Assembly: GCA_018402195.1 (NCBI GenBank)
Contig: JAGYIW010000002.1
Coordinates: 14,082 to 78,081 of the forward strand
Direction of reading: 5' to 3'
DNA length: 64,000 nt
Source: Gammaproteobacteria bacterium
Lineage (GTDB): Bacteria > Pseudomonadota > Gammaproteobacteria > M30B25
Shown here piece by piece: positions 62,537-64,000 of the stretch. The notes under the pieces were generated by a model. The model had not been told where the DNA came from. It made no database searches and saw only the letters and a list, made by a program, of their open reading frames with translations. Within the stretch, counting starts at the first letter, position 1, and each line of letters starts with the position of its first letter. The position numbers were made by a program, and so were the translations under genes.

Positions 62537-62693
62537 ACAAAAAGTGAGAGAATGACATGGCAGATAGTACTGAAGAAACAATTGAAAACACAGAGCAAGT
62601 TGAAGCACCTGTGTCGGAAGCTACTCAAGCTGGGGTAAAAAATCTAATGAAGTCATAGCTAAAGTAAACAAAGCTGAAGCTACGCTAGCGTCT

Positions 62694-63128
62694 TTGCAGG
62701 AGTCGAGTGAAGGTGCGACGGGAGCTTCAGCAGTGACTGCGGCTAAGAAATCTTCTAAAAACAAGAAAAAGATTGTGATAGAAGGCGCTGCGCATGTAAC
62801 AGCTTCATTCAATAATACAATTGTTTCTATTACCAACTTGCGTGGTGATGTGTTGGCATGGTCTTCTGCAGGTGCCTGTGGTTTCAAAGGCTCTAAGAAA
62901 GGTACGCCTTATGCTGGCCAAATGGCAGCAACTGCGGCAGCCAAAGCTGTGATTGACCCTAAAACCGGTTGTGGCATGGAACGTATTAAGATTTATGTGA
63001 GTGGTTTTGGTGCTGCACGAGATTCTGTTATCCGTGCTTTATCATCGGTATTGAAAGTGTCAGCATTGATTGATACAACATCGATTCCATTCAATGGTTG
63101 TCGTAACCCCAAAGAACGTCGAGTTTAG
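62694..63128 (+). CDS. rpsK: 30S ribosomal protein S11 (uS11); possible N-terminal extension starting at ATG 62557, interrupted at an A6 run
   Basis: ORF ..KKIVIEGAAHVTASFNNTIVSITNLRGDVLAWSSAG..GFKGSKKGTPYA..PFNGCRNPKERRV; see the finding on 62557-62693. Confidence 0.85.
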   Translation: MQESSEGATGASAVTAAKKSSKNKKKIVIEGAAHVTASFNNTIVSITNLRGDVLAWSSAGACGFKGSKKGTPYAGQMAATAAAKAVIDPKTGCGMERIKIYVSGFGAARDSVIRALSSVLKVSALIDTTSIPFNGCRNPKERRV

Positions 63129-63140
63129 GAGAGAAAATAG

Positions 63141-63806
63141 GTGGGAAGGTATAGAGGTCCAACGTGTAAGCTGGCTAGAAGAGAAGGTACAGACCTTCTA
63201 CTGAAAAGCCACCTTCGTGATATTAAAACCAAATGTAAGTTAGATACGTTGCCAGGCGTTGCAAAAATGCGCGGCCGCTTGTCTGATTACGGCGTTCAAT
63301 TACGTATGAAGCAAATGATTCGCCGTTACTACGGTGTGTCTGAGAAGCAGTTCCGGCGATATTATGCTATGGCAGATAGACGCAAGGGTGCTACAGGTAC
63401 CGAACTGTTGCGTATTTTGGAATCTCGTTTGGATAACGTTGTATACCGTCTTGGTTTTGCAGCAACGCGTGCTGAGGCACGTCAGTTGGTCAGCCATAAA
63501 GCCATTGTGGTGACACCTGCACCTAGCGTTGATACTGACGCTGGTATCTCACGTAAGCATGTTCCTACAGTCGTTAGTGTTGCTTCGTATCGTGTGCACC
63601 CTGGTGACGTGATCTCTGTGCGCGAGAAAGCCAAATCTCAAATGCGTATTCAAGCAGCGTTAGAACTCAGCCAGCGTGTTGAAGCACCTGGTTGGTTGGC
63701 GTTGGATTCTAAAGCCATGACAGGCACTTTTAATGCGTATCCTGGTGAAGATGACTTCCCGGCCGAATTTAAAGTGAATCTCGTGGTTGAATTGTACTCT
63801 AAGTAG
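63141..63806 (+). CDS. rpsD: 30S ribosomal protein S4 (uS4)
   Basis: Intact 221-aa [25 protein letters not shown].., ..[25 protein letters not shown].. Confidence 0.9.
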   Translation: MGRYRGPTCKLARREGTDLLLKSHLRDIKTKCKLDTLPGVAKMRGRLSDYGVQLRMKQMIRRYYGVSEKQFRRYYAMADRRKGATGTELLRILESRLDNVVYRLGFAATRAEARQLVSHKAIVVTPAPSVDTDAGISRKHVPTVVSVASYRVHPGDVISVREKAKSQMRIQAALELSQRVEAPGWLALDSKAMTGTFNAYPGEDDFPAEFKVNLVVELYSK

Positions 63807-63816
63807 AGGTAAGTAT

Positions 63817-64000
63817 ATGTCTAGTCAAGAAGAGTCAAGTACTGTAAATGTGCAGGATATTTTTCAAAATATGCTTGTACCTACAAAAATTAATGTCACT
63901 GAAATATCTGAACACTGCTTTAAGATTGTGCTAGAGCCGTTTGAGCGTGGCTACGGCCATACTATCGGCGCAGCCTTGAGGCGCATCTTGCTTGCTTCTA
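63817..64000 (+). CDS. rpoA: DNA-directed RNA polymerase subunit alpha, 5' part (continues beyond window)
   Basis: [61 protein letters not shown]; expected position after rpsD. Confidence 0.85.
   Translation, partial: MSSQEESSTVNVQDIFQNMLVPTKINVTEISEHCFKIVLEPFERGYGHTIGAALRRILLAS

Noticed and set aside
46098-62642. Interpreting the scrambled ribosomal and translation genes as ordinary reductive-evolution pseudogenes
   Set aside because: - The genes are indispensable and normally single-copy.
- Lesion boundaries fall inside genes.
- Lengths are conserved rather than deletion-biased.
- Amino-acid similarity inside fragments remains high.
- I therefore report them as pseudogene-like features but do not accept simple decay as the explanation without read-level evidence.

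Overview
This is a 64-kb chromosomal segment of a moderately AT-rich gammaproteobacterium. Gene order and protein signatures are reminiscent of Legionellales/Coxiella-like host-associated lineages, but that is inference only.

**Layout**
- **1-20 kb:** housekeeping genes (LysR regulator, deacylase, MFS transporter, Hsp20, EamA transporter, amino-acid permease, psd, cca) interleaved with mobile debris.
  - tRNA-Ser(GGA) is followed by a decayed island. It holds a long inverted repeat, IS fragments, an HNH-like remnant, hipBA and a phage gpW/portal remnant.
  - There is one intact IS3-family (IS407-group-like) element with an A7G frameshift site, plus three degraded copies.
  - 16.9-19.3 kb is a nest of three different IS types.
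- **20-32 kb:** paaI-like thioesterase, dut, xth, a broken rph, yicC-gmk-rpoZ-spoT-recG, an lpxL-like acyltransferase, and a divergent S24-repressor/LuxR pair.
- **32-64 kb:** one contiguous tRNA-tuf-secE-nusG-rplKAJL-rpoBC-rpsLG-fusA-tuf-S10-spc-alpha supercluster.

**Most striking observation**
- Three multi-kb blocks (about 32.3-36.07, 46.1-50.97 and 57.49-62.64 kb) carry normally essential genes riddled with small indels.
- These blocks have sharp, mid-gene boundaries and alternate with perfectly intact blocks.
- Isolated frameshifts elsewhere (rplK, rplL, recG, rpsK leader, GNAT fragment) all sit in homopolymer runs.
- Net gene lengths inside the scrambled blocks are nearly conserved.
- I read this as more likely consensus or assembly error than biology. 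A decaying paralogous copy or a gene-conversion mosaic cannot be excluded from the sequence alone.

**Novel system**
I found no convincing novel multi-gene system. There is no CRISPR array and no defence-type operon other than an ordinary hipBA pair.

Coordinates of degraded genes are approximate (about +/-10-30 nt).
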